From Kofleriaceae bacterium (GTDB lineage: Bacteria > Myxococcota_A > Polyangia > Haliangiales > Haliangiaceae), in contig JBKJLC010000222.1 in NCBI GenBank assembly GCA_046597055.1, positions 1 through 64,000 on the forward strand: 64,000 nucleotides of DNA. The letters are read 5' to 3'. This document shows, piece by piece, positions 20,678 to 32,578 of this stretch. Under the pieces are notes generated by a model that worked only from the letters and a program-made list of their open reading frames with translations, ran no database searches and was not told where the DNA came from. How positions within the stretch are numbered: position 1 is the stretch's first letter; every line of letters starts with the position of its first letter. The translations under genes and the position numbers were made by a program.

Positions 20678-21393
20678 GCGCGGTGGAGCCCGTCAGCGGC
20701 CCGGACCAGCGCGGCCGCGGGGTCGCGGTCGACGGTGGCGCCGTGACCGGGGATGACCCGGGCCAGCCCGGCGGTGCTCGCGAGCCGACGCAGGTGCGCG
20801 GCGTAGGTCGCCTTGTCCTTGACGATAAACACGCGCGCGGTCCGGGTGACCTTGGGGCCGCCGGTGGAGCCGATGAGCTTCACGAGCGCGCCCTTCACGC
20901 CCGGCAGCTGGTCGGGCAGGTTCATCAGCGCGTCGTTGAAGATCAACGTGATCTGGCCGCCCGGGTCGCGATGAGCGAACACCGCCTCGGCCGGTACGCC
21001 GTCGAGCGGCTGCCACGACAGGGCGCCGCCGGTCGGCATGAGGTCGTAGCCGCCGTCGACCGGGACCGCCTTGGCGACCCGGCCCGCCGCGGCCGGCATC
21101 GCGACCACCCGCGCCGCCGGGTAACGCGTCTTCCACGCCGGCGCGTCGAGCCGGTGCACCCCGTTGGGCACGATGATCCAGCCGATCGGCCCCAGCGCGT
21201 CGATCGCCTGCATGGTCGACGCGTCGCACGCGATCACGCTGTGCGCGGCCAGGCTGCCGTCGGGCAGGCGCGCGATCGTCATGCGCCGGCCGATCGGCAA
21301 CAGGTCGAGGGTCGCCTCGACGGTCCACAGCCCCTCGGCGAGGTGCGTGAGCGGGCCGTGCGCGGCGGGAGTCCAGGGTCGGGTCGAGGCCAT
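20674..21393 (-). CDS. DUF4336-like metallo-beta-lactamase-fold protein
   Basis: RMTIARLPDGSL..HS, IIVPNGVH, LIFND, VIPGHG; ATGA-coupled to the photolyase gene. Confidence 0.75.
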
Positions 21394-24096
21394 GCCGGTG
21401 CGATGTTCGCCGGCCGCGGATCGTGGCGCCAGCGGTGGCACCGCCGACTTCGTGCGAGACTCGGCTCATGATCGGGTCGCACCGCCGCGTCGCCCGCGCC
21501 GGGCTCGCGCTTGCGACGCTGGTGGCCGGGCCGGCCCGCGCCGACGAGCCCCGTACGCCGCCCGCCCCCCGCGCGCGGTTCGGCCTCGGTGAGGCGACCC
21601 GGCCGCCGCCGCCCAACCGCCATCTGTTCGAGCTCGGCGCCGCGCCGGCGCGACCGGCGACCTGCGAGGAAGCCCGGTCGTTACCCTGCCCGTCCGGGCC
21701 CGAAGCGGCCGAGGCCGCGCCGGCGGCGGTGACCACCCGGCGGTCGGCCGCGCGCCTGGCCCGGCTACCGCTTGGCGACGCCGACCTCGACGACGCCGCC
21801 GGGCTGGTGGTCGGCGCCGGCCGCGACGATCTTGGGCCCTTCTTCGCCGGCGCGACCGGCGCCGAGCACCGCTGGCTGCTCGACGGCGCCCCGATCGAGT
21901 CGGCGCGCTCGGGCGCGCTCGCGACCCGGGTGCCGCTGGCGTTCCTCGACGCGGTCACCGTGACCACCGGCGGCTTCTCGGCGCGCGATGCGGCGACCAC
22001 CGGCGCGGTGATCGATGCGACCTTGCGCGAAGGCGGCGAGCGCACCCGCGCGGTCGGCGCGGTCTGGCTGGGCGCCGGGCTGACCCCGCGACCGCTGCCC
22101 CGCGCGCGTGGCGAGTACCGGCCGTTCGAGGGCCGCCTCGAGGATCTGCGCACGCTGTCGGCGGTCGCGGTCGGCGATGGCACGCTCGCGCAGGTCGGCG
22201 GCGCCCGCCTGTGGTGGGCGGCCGGCGTGGCCCCGCGGCTCGACGATCAGTCCCTGATCCGCGACGCATTTCGCCGGGTCGATCGCGACGGCGACGGCGG
22301 GCCCGACACCGACCGCACCGGCCGGCTGGTCCACGAGCGCATCGGCACGCTCGACCGCGACGGCCTGGGCTATTCGGTCCCGGTGCTGGCCCGGCTCGGC
22401 CTGCGCGGCGCGCACCAGCAGCTCGCGCTGACCGCGCTGGTGACCGCCGGCCGCGAGCTACGCTGGACCCCGATGGCCGAGGACAGCGCGGCCGGGGTCG
22501 AGCGCGAGCTCCGCGGCGCCGATGTCAGCGCGACCTGGCGCGGCCGCTGGGGCGCGACCGCGGCCCGCGCGCAGGCGTCGTGGCACCGCGACGGACGCGA
22601 GGAAGCGGCGCACGCCGGCGGCGACCCGCCGTCGATCGGCTACGCCTACGTGCCGGCGCCGAGCCCCGGGCTGACCGCCGGCGACGCCGCGGTGCGCGCG
22701 GCCTGCGAAGCCGGCGGCGCCTTCGCGAGCTGCCCGATCGAGACCGGCTACTACGCGACCGGGGGCGTCGGGCGCACGATCGATACCGTGCAGGATCGGC
22801 CCCGGGTCACCGCCGAGCTCACCCACACGCTCGCCGAGCACACGCTCAGCCTCGGCGTCAGCGGTGAGGACGCCCGCCTGCGCCTGCGCAACCGGTTCTC
22901 GGGCGGGTTCCTGCGCCAGCAACTCGGCGAGGGCGCGTTCCTCGACTACCGGCTGGTCGCGATCGACATCGCCGGGACCGACACCTGTGGCGTCGGCATC
23001 GCCTGCCGCTGGCTCGACGTGCACGAGCGCACGATCCGGACCCGGCACGCGGCGCTGTGGCTCGCCGACACCTGGCGACCGGGGCCGGCGATCGCGGTCG
23101 AGTACGGCGTGCGCGGCGAGACCAGCCGGATCGGCGAGTCGGTCCGGGTCCACGACGTGCTGCCGCGGCTGGGCGCGGCCTGGGACTTTCTCGGCAAGGG
23201 CCGCGCGCGTGGCTACGCCGGCTGGGGCCGCTACGCGGCGCTGCTCCCGGCCGGCGCGGGCGAGCGGATCTTCGGGGGCCCGTCGGTCTACCAGGAGATC
23301 ACGTTCGGCGATCAGCGCGCGACCGGCCTGGCGGTCCCCGACGACCTGCCGGTGTACGGCCAGCCGCGCGGCGTGCGGATCGACGAGGCGCTGGCCGGCG
23401 TCGAGGTCGGGCTCGCCGACGTCGCGCGGGTCGGCGGCTGGGCCCGCCACCGCCACCTCGGCCGCACGCTCGAGGACGACCAGGGCCAGCTCACCACCGG
23501 CGGCCACCTGACCGGCGTGCGCGCGACCCGCGACCTCACCGAGCTCGCGATCACCGCCGAGAACGCCCCGACCGCGCAGGTCCACGTCCGCGCCGGGTAC
23601 GCGTGGTCGCGGCTGCGCGGCAACTGGCCGGGCCCGTGGGATCCGTTCGAGGGCCTCACGCTCTACACGTCGAGCTTGTTCGCGGCCGCGCCCACCAACG
23701 CGACCGGGCCGCTGCCCGGCGATCAGCCGCACCGGTTCTTCGCCGAGCTCGCCGGCGGCGGGCACGCGTGGGGCTTCGCGCTCGAGGCGTCGGTGCGCGC
23801 GACCGCGGCGTCGGGCCGCGCGATCAGCACGCGCGGGCGCGGCGAGACCCTGGCCTTCCTGCTACCGCGCGGCAGCGGGGGCCGGCTGCCGACCGTCGCC
23901 CAGACCAACCTGCACCTCGGGGCCCGCCGCGGCCGGGTCGCCGTGATGCTCGACGTCTTCAACCTGTTCGATCGACGCGGCGTGACCGCGGTCGACGAGC
24001 TGTACACGCCCGACGCCCAGCAGCCGATCGCGGGCGGTGACGCCAGCGACCTGGTGTTCCTGAAGGACGCCGGGTCCGACGGGCAAGCGCCGCGGA

Positions 24097-25380
<1,284 letters not shown>

Positions 25381-25485
25381 TGGCGGCGGACCCTGCCACA
25401 GAGCCCCCGCCGCGTCTAGCTATCTCCCCGGTCGGGTCACCCGAGACGAGGCAGCCTCAGGCTGCCGCCGGGGCCGGGGGCGCGC

Positions 25486-26091
25486 TCACAGATCCTCGTC
25501 CTCGCCAGCGCCGAGCTGGCCGATCCGCTTGTCCTTCTTCTCGGCGTCGTCGTCGCCGAACAGCCGGACCCGGCGCTGGTTGCGGTTGTGGCCGATCGCG
25601 TAGACCACGCCGGCGATGCCCGACAGCGGCAGCACGACCATGAGCACCGGCATCAACAGGAACATGGGGATGATCGAGGTGACGATCGCCGTCAGCAGCA
25701 CGTAGATCACCGAGGCCGGCACCGCCTCGCGCCACGCGCCGGCGTACAGCCAGCCGAGCGGCCCGAACAGGAACGAGGCGCCGCCCGAGATCAGCCACGA
25801 CTTCTCGCCAGCCTCGCGCGGCCGGCTGAGCTCGTGCTTGGCGTCGGCGGCGCGGCGCGCCAGCGCGAGCGCGTCGTCGAGATCCGCGCCCGTGCGACCG
25901 CGCGGCCTGGCCTTGACGATCGCGGCCTGGCGCGACCGCAGCTCGTCGGCGTCAGTCTGCGACCGCGCCCGCTGGGCGCGAACCTTCGCTTCGGCGTCGG
26001 TCTTGCGGCGGCGGGCCCCATCGGCCTCGGCCTTGACCTCCGCCTCGAGCCGGCCGAGCCGGGCCAGCGCGTCGTCTTCGTCGGTCGCCAC
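25486..26091 (-). CDS. Coiled-coil membrane protein
   Basis: Charged coiled-coil N-terminus, then 'KSWLISGGASFLFGPLGWLYAG' and about 3 TM segments; GTG start with CATAGT 6 nt upstream. Confidence 0.75.
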   Translation of the reverse strand: MATDEDDALARLGRLEAEVKAEADGARRRKTDAEAKVRAQRARSQTDADELRSRQAAIVKARPRGRTGADLDDALALARRAADAKHELSRPREAGEKSWLISGGASFLFGPLGWLYAGAWREAVPASVIYVLLTAIVTSIIPMFLLMPVLMVVLPLSGIAGVVYAIGHNRNQRRVRLFGDDDAEKKDKRIGQLGAGEDEDL

Positions 26092-26162
26092 CCGCGAACT
26101 ATGGCATGATCGCGCGTTCCGGCCGCAACGGAGCTCCAACCACGATGATGCAAGCTGCTGTC

Positions 26163-26531
26163 ATGAGGTTGCTGATGGTCTCCCTCGTGTCGCTCGCGAC
26201 CGCGGCGTGCGGCGGTGATCCGCTGCCGGCCGCGGGCCCGGCGCGCAGCCGCACCGCCACGGCGGGCGCGGCCAGCAAGCCGGCCGCGCCGGGCAAGGGC
26301 GAGGCCGCGCGCCGCGCCCGCGCGGAGCACCGCACCGCCGAGCCCGACGACGTGCCGTCGAAGGGCAAGAAGTGGGGCGGCTGGAAGTACCAGGGCCCCG
26401 CCGACGACTGCTTCTACCTCGTCAAGCGCAAGTGCTTCACCGCGCTCGACGACGCCTGCGACGCGGCCCGCTGCGGCAAGAAGACCTGCGTGCCCGAGGG
26501 CGCCGGTCCCGCCAGCGTCCGCTGCGAGTGA
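26163..26531 (+). CDS. Small Cys-rich lipoprotein
   Basis: MRLLMVSLVSLATAAC lipobox; six C-terminal Cys. Confidence 0.78.
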   Translation: MRLLMVSLVSLATAACGGDPLPAAGPARSRTATAGAASKPAAPGKGEAARRARAEHRTAEPDDVPSKGKKWGGWKYQGPADDCFYLVKRKCFTALDDACDAARCGKKTCVPEGAGPASVRCE

Positions 26532-26547
26532 CCGCTGCGAGTGACCG

Positions 26548-27609
26548 TCAGGCGGCGGCGCGGTAGCCGCGCGCGGTGACGACCTTGGGGATCCGGACCC
26601 GCGGGCCGACCTTCACCGAGATCCGACGCACGTTGCGGTAGTACTCGCCGTCGATCACCGGCTCGAGCAGCTCGTCCGACGTGGCCTCGATGACCATCTC
26701 GCGGCAGGGCCGGTCGACGATGGCGCGCCCGCGCATCTCACCGCCGCGCGCCATGCGCGGCAGGTTCATGGCGACGCCCCACGGGCTCGGGGTGCCGACG
26801 ATCGCGTTCATCAGGCCCGCGTGATCGGCCTTGCCGAAGAACTTGAGCACGTTGCCCAGGTTGATCGACATCGACGCGACGTGGATGCCGGTGAACTCGT
26901 CGCCGGGCAGGATCATCCCGTCGACGGTCACGCGGGCCTTGGTCGGACGGAAGATGTCGTCGGCGTAGCCGGCGAGCTGACGCACGCCCGGCACGTGGCG
27001 CAGCGCGGTCATCGCGACCGGCATCGAGAGGATCGTTCGACCAACGACCTTCATGATTGTGCGCGGGTTGGGATCGGCATCCTCGTAGTACTTGGCGAAG
27101 AAGCGCTGGCCGACGCCGCCCGCCGCGACCGCGAAGCCATAGGTGCGGAACGGACGATCGCCGTCCGGGGTCGCCTCGATGCCGTCGATCACCATCGAGT
27201 CGACCTCGGTCTCCTCGACCCGCAGGCCACCCTCGATCTTCGCGCGCAGGCTGGCGAGCAGGCCCTCGGCGTCGCCCTTGATGCCGACGTTGTTGGCGAT
27301 GAAGTCGATGGTCCCGCCGTTGGTCGGCATGGTCAGCGGCATTGTCACCTGCTCGCCGGCGAACTCCTCCTCCTGGAGAACCTCCATGCCCATGCGCAGC
27401 ATCCAGTGCAGCGCGCCGTCACCGCCATCGGCGACCCAGTAGCGCGCGCGCTTGCGCAGGAAGTCGCGCAGCACCGGCTTGATCGACTCGAGCGTCTGGG
27501 TCTCGTGGACCTCCCCGAGGTCGCCGACGATCGACTGCAGACGGCGCGCGCGATCTGGCTTGCCCTTGTTCTTGCGACTGTTGGGGTTGGTGATGACGCC
27601 GATTTGCAT
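26548..27609 (-). CDS. Diacylglycerol kinase catalytic-domain family protein
   Basis: VITNPNS, DGGDGAL, PTNGGTIDFIA, VIDGEY motifs. Confidence 0.82.
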   Translation of the reverse strand: MQIGVITNPNSRKNKGKPDRARRLQSIVGDLGEVHETQTLESIKPVLRDFLRKRARYWVADGGDGALHWMLRMGMEVLQEEEFAGEQVTMPLTMPTNGGTIDFIANNVGIKGDAEGLLASLRAKIEGGLRVEETEVDSMVIDGIEATPDGDRPFRTYGFAVAAGGVGQRFFAKYYEDADPNPRTIMKVVGRTILSMPVAMTALRHVPGVRQLAGYADDIFRPTKARVTVDGMILPGDEFTGIHVASMSINLGNVLKFFGKADHAGLMNAIVGTPSPWGVAMNLPRMARGGEMRGRAIVDRPCREMVIEATSDELLEPVIDGEYYRNVRRISVKVGPRVRIPKVVTARGYRAAA

Positions 27610-27816
27610 GTGGGTTACTCCGCTGGCCGACACGCGCCGGGCAGTCCCGCTATTTGCAAGAACCAGGCGCATCGACGCGGTGCGTAAACCGTCGGAAAGA
27701 CGCGCATAGGCTAACGTCGTTCAGCCTCCAGGCGCGAAATCGGTTACGCGATCGCGTCGAGAGTGTGTAGCGGCTGTGGCGGGCACGGCGCCCGGCGCCT
27801 CACCGCGGCGGAGGGA

Positions 27817-28599
27817 TCAACGCCCAGTGAACGTGGGTGTGCGCTTCTCGAGCAGCGCCGCGATGCCCTCGCTGGCATCGTTCGACTGCAGTGACTCGGC
27901 CTGTGCGAACGACTCCGCGTAGGCGGCGTCGCGCACGTTCCAGCCCAGGCCGCGATAGAGCGAGCGCTTGGTCTCGCGCACCGCCGCCGGCGCCGAGGTC
28001 GCGATGGCCGCGGCGAGCTCGAGCGCGCGCGGCAGGACCTCGTCCGCGGGCACGGCCGATGACAGGAGGCCGATCCGCTCGGCCTCGTCACCCTCGACCA
28101 GCCGGCCGGTGAACAACATCTCGGCCGCGCGCGAGACGCCGACCAGGCGCGGCAGGACATAGGAGATGCCCATGCCGGAGGTCAGGCCGAGCCGCGTGAA
28201 GTTGGCGCCGTAGCGTGCGGCGCGCGCCCCGATGCGGATGTCGCAGCACAGCGCCAGGCCGAAGCCACCGCCGACGGTGTGACCGTTGAGCGCGCCGATC
28301 ACCGGCACCGCCAGGTCGGTCACCGACAGGAACGGCTGGTACATCGCGAAGCTGCGCTCGTGCGCGGTGCGGGCCGGACCGTCGTCGCGCTGCACCCCCG
28401 ACTTGAAGTCGGCGCCGGCCGAGAAGCACGGCCCGGTCCCGGTGATCACGAGGCAGCGCAGCTCGGCGGTGCGGGCCTGGTCGACGGCGCGCGCGAACGC
28501 GTCGAGCAACTCGGGCGTCATGCTGTTGCGGTTGTCGGGCCTCGACAGGGTGATGATCCCGATCGCACCCTGCATCTCGAACACGACGGCGTCGCTCAT
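27817..28599 (-). CDS. Enoyl-CoA hydratase/isomerase family protein
   Basis: ITLSRPDNRNSM, FSAGAD, PVIGALNGHTVGGGFGLALCCDIR, EKRTPTFTGR. Confidence 0.93.
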   Translation of the reverse strand: MSDAVVFEMQGAIGIITLSRPDNRNSMTPELLDAFARAVDQARTAELRCLVITGTGPCFSAGADFKSGVQRDDGPARTAHERSFAMYQPFLSVTDLAVPVIGALNGHTVGGGFGLALCCDIRIGARAARYGANFTRLGLTSGMGISYVLPRLVGVSRAAEMLFTGRLVEGDEAERIGLLSSAVPADEVLPRALELAAAIATSAPAAVRETKRSLYRGLGWNVRDAAYAESFAQAESLQSNDASEGIAALLEKRTPTFTGR

Positions 28600-28766
28600 T
28601 GCCACCATCTACCACCGCGCCAGGCCGGCCGTCGATCATCGAGCGGGGCGCGCGCCGGTGACGGTGGCTCGGACCGGCTGCTGAGGCATGCACCCCGCAG
28701 GCCGAGAGAGGGATTGTTTGGCTCGCGTCCGGTCGCGCCCGGGCGGCCGGCCATAGAGTCCGACCC

Positions 28767-29231
28767 ATGTTCCTCCGAGCCCCCGTGTGGGCGGCCGCGG
28801 CCCTGGTCGCGATCGCAGCATGTCAATCAGGTCCGCCGCAGCGCGCCGAGCCCGCCGCGAGCGCGCATCCCAAGCCGAGCGCGCCGGTCGCGGTGAAGGT
28901 CGACGCCCAGCCGCTCGGAGGCAACGCCTACCAGGTCACGATGACCGCGACGCCCGCGGTGGCGGTGCCGTCGCTCGAGCTCGAGCTCGACGGGCGCCGC
29001 CAGGTGGTGGGCCCGACCGCCGCGGGTCAGCCGCGCGCGATGACCGCGCGGGTCCAGCTCGGCGTCGGCCGTGGCCGCGAGGTCGCGGCCAGCGCCTCGG
29101 TCATGGTGGGCGGACATCGCCGCCGCGCCGCCGCGGTCGTGCAGGTGGGGACGGTGCCGGTGGTGGCGCGCGAGCGGATCAACATCGTCCGACTTCCGGA
29201 CGGCTCCGAGGCGGCCGAGGTGCGCCAGTGA
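28767..29231 (+). CDS. Lipoprotein, small beta-rich domain
   Basis: IAAC lipobox; GTGA overlap with the next gene. Confidence 0.75.
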   Translation: MFLRAPVWAAAALVAIAACQSGPPQRAEPAASAHPKPSAPVAVKVDAQPLGGNAYQVTMTATPAVAVPSLELELDGRRQVVGPTAAGQPRAMTARVQLGVGRGREVAASASVMVGGHRRRAAAVVQVGTVPVVARERINIVRLPDGSEAAEVRQ

Positions 29232-30883
29232 AGCGCGCGCTGTGCGCGCTCGCCTTGCTCGCGGGCGCCTGCGGCGGCGATGACGACGACGCCGGTCAGA
29301 CCGGACCCGACGCCGGCGAGCTCAGCCCCGATGCGGCGACCTGCGGGATCGCGCCGGGCGGCGCGTGCGCTGATCAGACCCTGCAGACCTGCGTCGGCGG
29401 CGAGCTCCAGACCCAGGACTGTCGCGCCACGATGGCGACCTGCCGCTTCGACAGCGCCGCCGGTGCCGCGGCCTGTATCGACGAGTGCGCCGCCGCCAGC
29501 GTCGACGCGGCCGGCACCTGCGTCGACCGCTCGGTGCGCCGCTGCGAGGTGGTCGACGGGCGCAACACCGTGGTGAGCGACACCTGCGGCGCGGGCGAGA
29601 CGTGCGCGCCCGCGGGCCAGCCCGCGGCCTGCATCGGCGATCCGTGTCGCGACCTCGGCCCCCAGGGCAAGTGCGACGGCAACACGCTGCTCCGCTGCGT
29701 GGGTGGCGCGCCCTCGCCCACCGACTGCGCCGGCACCAGCCAGGTGTGCGCGTACGTGGACAACACCGCCGGCTACGCCTGCGTCGCGCCCGCGGCGACC
29801 GGCGCGATGGTGGTCACCGGGACCGTCCGCTACGAGGACCGGGCGCCGCTCAACGACGGCGCGCTCGGCGCGATCACCGCGATGGACGTCCGGGGCGCGC
29901 TGATCACCGTGGTCACCGACGCCGACAGCATGGTGGTCGCCACCGCGCTGACGTCGGATGACGGCAGCTACACGCTGCGCTACGACGCCGCGGTCGGCAC
30001 GATGGTGCACGTCATGGTGACCGCGCACAGCCCGCTGCCGGCGCGGCCGGTGCGGGTGCTGCGCAACCAGACCCAGCTGCACGGGTTCGGCGGGGCCAGC
30101 TTCGCCGCCGCCGCGAGCACGACCCAGGACCTGCTGGTCACCGATGCGTCAGCCGCGTCCGAGGCGTTCAACATCCTCGACCAGAGCGTGCTGGCGATGG
30201 ACACGATCCGGACCGCGATGGGCAACCCGACCCCGACGCCGCTCACCGCGCGCTGGTCGCGCGGCTCGAACCAAGGCACCTACTACTCCAACCGGACGAT
30301 CTTCCTGCTCGGCTCCACCTCGGACGACGACGGCTACGACGACACCGTCATCCTTCACGAGATCGGCCACTTCGTGGAGGACACCGAGGGTCGCTCTGAC
30401 TCGCCCGGTGGCGGCCACGACGGCTCGCCGACCGATCCGACCCTGGCGTGGAGCGAGGGCTTCGCGACCTACTTCGCGATGGCCACCCGCGGCGCGCCCT
30501 ACTACATGGACTCGAACTCGGGCGGCGGCTGGGGCTACGACGCCGACACCTCGCTGACCCGGGCCCAGGCCGCGGGCGCGCTCGACCAGAACGTGAGCGA
30601 GGACATGGTGAGCCAGATCCTGTGGGACCTCGGCGACGGCGGCAGCAACGACGACGATCCGCTGAGCTCGTCGATGCACGCGACGCTGCTGCGGATCCAG
30701 CCGAGCTACCTGGCCCGGGTCATGCTGCGCTCGGTCGGCGCTGACGGGGTCGACCTGGTCGACTTTCTCGACGGCTGGTTCCTGCGCGGGGGACTGTCGA
30801 CCTGCGCGGGCGTCCGGTCGGTCGTCTCGACCACGCGGACGTTTCCGTACGACTACGCCGGTCCCGGCGGCCGCTGCCCGTAG
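29228..30883 (+). CDS. Lipoprotein with Cys-rich repeats and a zinc metallopeptidase (HEXXH) domain
   Basis: LAGAC lipobox; about 3 Cys-rich ~40-aa repeats; VILHEIGH and downstream AWSEGFATY (gluzincin-like third ligand). Confidence 0.85.
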   Translation: MKRALCALALLAGACGGDDDDAGQTGPDAGELSPDAATCGIAPGGACADQTLQTCVGGELQTQDCRATMATCRFDSAAGAAACIDECAAASVDAAGTCVDRSVRRCEVVDGRNTVVSDTCGAGETCAPAGQPAACIGDPCRDLGPQGKCDGNTLLRCVGGAPSPTDCAGTSQVCAYVDNTAGYACVAPAATGAMVVTGTVRYEDRAPLNDGALGAITAMDVRGALITVVTDADSMVVATALTSDDGSYTLRYDAAVGTMVHVMVTAHSPLPARPVRVLRNQTQLHGFGGASFAAAASTTQDLLVTDASAASEAFNILDQSVLAMDTIRTAMGNPTPTPLTARWSRGSNQGTYYSNRTIFLLGSTSDDDGYDDTVILHEIGHFVEDTEGRSDSPGGGHDGSPTDPTLAWSEGFATYFAMATRGAPYYMDSNSGGGWGYDADTSLTRAQAAGALDQNVSEDMVSQILWDLGDGGSNDDDPLSSSMHATLLRIQPSYLARVMLRSVGADGVDLVDFLDGWFLRGGLSTCAGVRSVVSTTRTFPYDYAGPGGRCP

Positions 30884-30892
30884 ACTCGGGGC

Positions 30893-32458
30893 GTGCGCGG
30901 CCCCGGACTGGACGAGCTGATCGCGGCCGCGTACGCGGTCGAGGTCGCCACCGGCCCGGTGCTGGCGGGGGTGACGCGGGCCGAGGGCCTGCTGGCCGCG
31001 GCGGCGCAGCTTGCCGGGCTGATCGGGGCGCGGCGGGCGGTGGCGCGTGCGCCGGCGGAGCCGACCTGGTCGGCGCTGCCGGCACGGTCGGGGCCAGCGG
31101 TGGACGCGGCCGCGCGCGGGGCCGCGCTCGAGCGGATGCTGGCGTGGGCGGCCGCGGGTGGCGCCGATGCCGACGCGCTCGAGTTTCGCGTGGACGCCGA
31201 CGGCGGCTGCACCGCGCACGCGCGCCGTCCGATCGCGGCCGGCACGCGGGTGGTCACCGTGCCGCGGCGGCTGATGATCGTCGAGGACGACCTGGCCGCG
31301 TCCTCTACCGGCGCGGTCGATCCGTTCGGGCCCATGCTCCGCAGCGCCCGCGACACCCTGGCCGCGTGGCTGCCGCTCGAGGCGGCGCGCGCGGACTCGC
31401 CATGGCGGCCGTTCCTGGACGTGCTCCCGACCGCCCTGCCCGACCTGCCGGTCTTCCACGGCGACGCCGATCTCGACGAGCTGGCCGGCACCGTGGCGCG
31501 CGGCCTCGCGGCCGCCGCCCACGAGGACATCGGCAGCACCTATGGGCTGTTGCAGGACGGCCTCCAGGAGCGGGTCTCGCTGGTCGACTTCGCCTGGGGC
31601 CGGGCGATCGTGCGCTCGCGTGGGTACAACGTCGAGATCGGCGGCGAGGCGCGGGTCGCGTTGATCCCGATCGTCGATCTGTTGAACCATCGACCGGGCG
31701 ACACCACGTGGAGCTACCACCCGGACGAGGCGGCCTACGGGATCACCACGCTGCGCGCCTTCGAGACGGGCGACGAGGTGCACGCCACCTACGGGCCCTA
31801 TGGCAACGCGAAGCTGCTGGTCGGGTACGGGTTCGCGCTGGACGACCACGGCGTGGACGAGGCCGCGCTGGTGTTCGCGCCGGCCGGCGATCCCTGCACC
31901 GACCTCGCGGGGCACCTGGTGTGGCGACAGCCCTTCGCCGCGCCCGCGGCGATCGCGGTCGGGACCCGCTTCGACTGGCGGTTCCGGCGGGCACTGTCGG
32001 TCGCGCGCCTGCGCGCCGCGCCGTGGGCCCGCGTGCGCGCCGCGGCCGACCGCGGGCTGCCGGGCCGCGAGCTGCCCTGGCTCGGCGCCGCGATCGAGCG
32101 CGTTGCGCTGGCGGAGCTCGCCACCGCAGCCCGGGCCGGGATCGAGCGGCTCGACGAGAATGGGCCAGACGTGGAGCCGGTCGGCGGTACCGGCGCGGTG
32201 AACCCGGCGGCGACGTCGTGGCGGCGCGCGTGTGGCCTCGTGCGCCGCGGCGAGCGCGCGCTGCTCCAGCAGATCCTGGCGTTCGCGGCCGAGGCGGCGA
32301 CCCACGTGGACGCTGCCGACGCGGCGACCCGCGTCGGCGTCGCCGAGCCCGAAGCCGTGCGCCGGGTCGCCGACGCGGTCGCGGCGGCGCAGGCCGGGCC
32401 GCCGCCGCCGCTGGTGAGTGAGTACCTGTGCACGCTCGCCGACGAGCTGATGGACTGA
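30893..32458 (+). CDS. SET-domain protein methyltransferase, SETD3/SETD6/Rubisco-LSMT type
   Basis: ARRPIAAGTRVVTVPRRLMI, SPWRPFLDVLP, FAWGRAIVRSR, LIPIVDLLNH, GDEVHATYGPYGNAKLLVGYGF, helical substrate-binding-like C-terminus. Confidence 0.87.
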   Translation: MRGPGLDELIAAAYAVEVATGPVLAGVTRAEGLLAAAAQLAGLIGARRAVARAPAEPTWSALPARSGPAVDAAARGAALERMLAWAAAGGADADALEFRVDADGGCTAHARRPIAAGTRVVTVPRRLMIVEDDLAASSTGAVDPFGPMLRSARDTLAAWLPLEAARADSPWRPFLDVLPTALPDLPVFHGDADLDELAGTVARGLAAAAHEDIGSTYGLLQDGLQERVSLVDFAWGRAIVRSRGYNVEIGGEARVALIPIVDLLNHRPGDTTWSYHPDEAAYGITTLRAFETGDEVHATYGPYGNAKLLVGYGFALDDHGVDEAALVFAPAGDPCTDLAGHLVWRQPFAAPAAIAVGTRFDWRFRRALSVARLRAAPWARVRAAADRGLPGRELPWLGAAIERVALAELATAARAGIERLDENGPDVEPVGGTGAVNPAATSWRRACGLVRRGERALLQQILAFAAEAATHVDAADAATRVGVAEPEAVRRVADAVAAAQAGPPPPLVSEYLCTLADELMD

Positions 32459-32578
32459 AGCCAGACCGCAGGTAGCAGCTGCCTGCGCAGCGAGCGCGAG
32501 CTGGCACGCGCCAACCCGGTCCCATGGGACAGCGGCCGCCGCCGACCGGCAGGCCTCGCGGTTACCGCGGCTTCGGTC

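Noticed and set aside
27680..27730. c-di-GMP-I riboswitch-like text (AAACC..GAAA..GCA) with small hairpins
   Set aside because: Incomplete consensus and no downstream gene on that strand; would need an Rfam/Infernal hit
32502..32517. Perfect sigma54 -24 element TGGCACG upstream of the lipoprotein gene
   Set aside because: No GC at the -12 position (reads AACC), so not called a promoter
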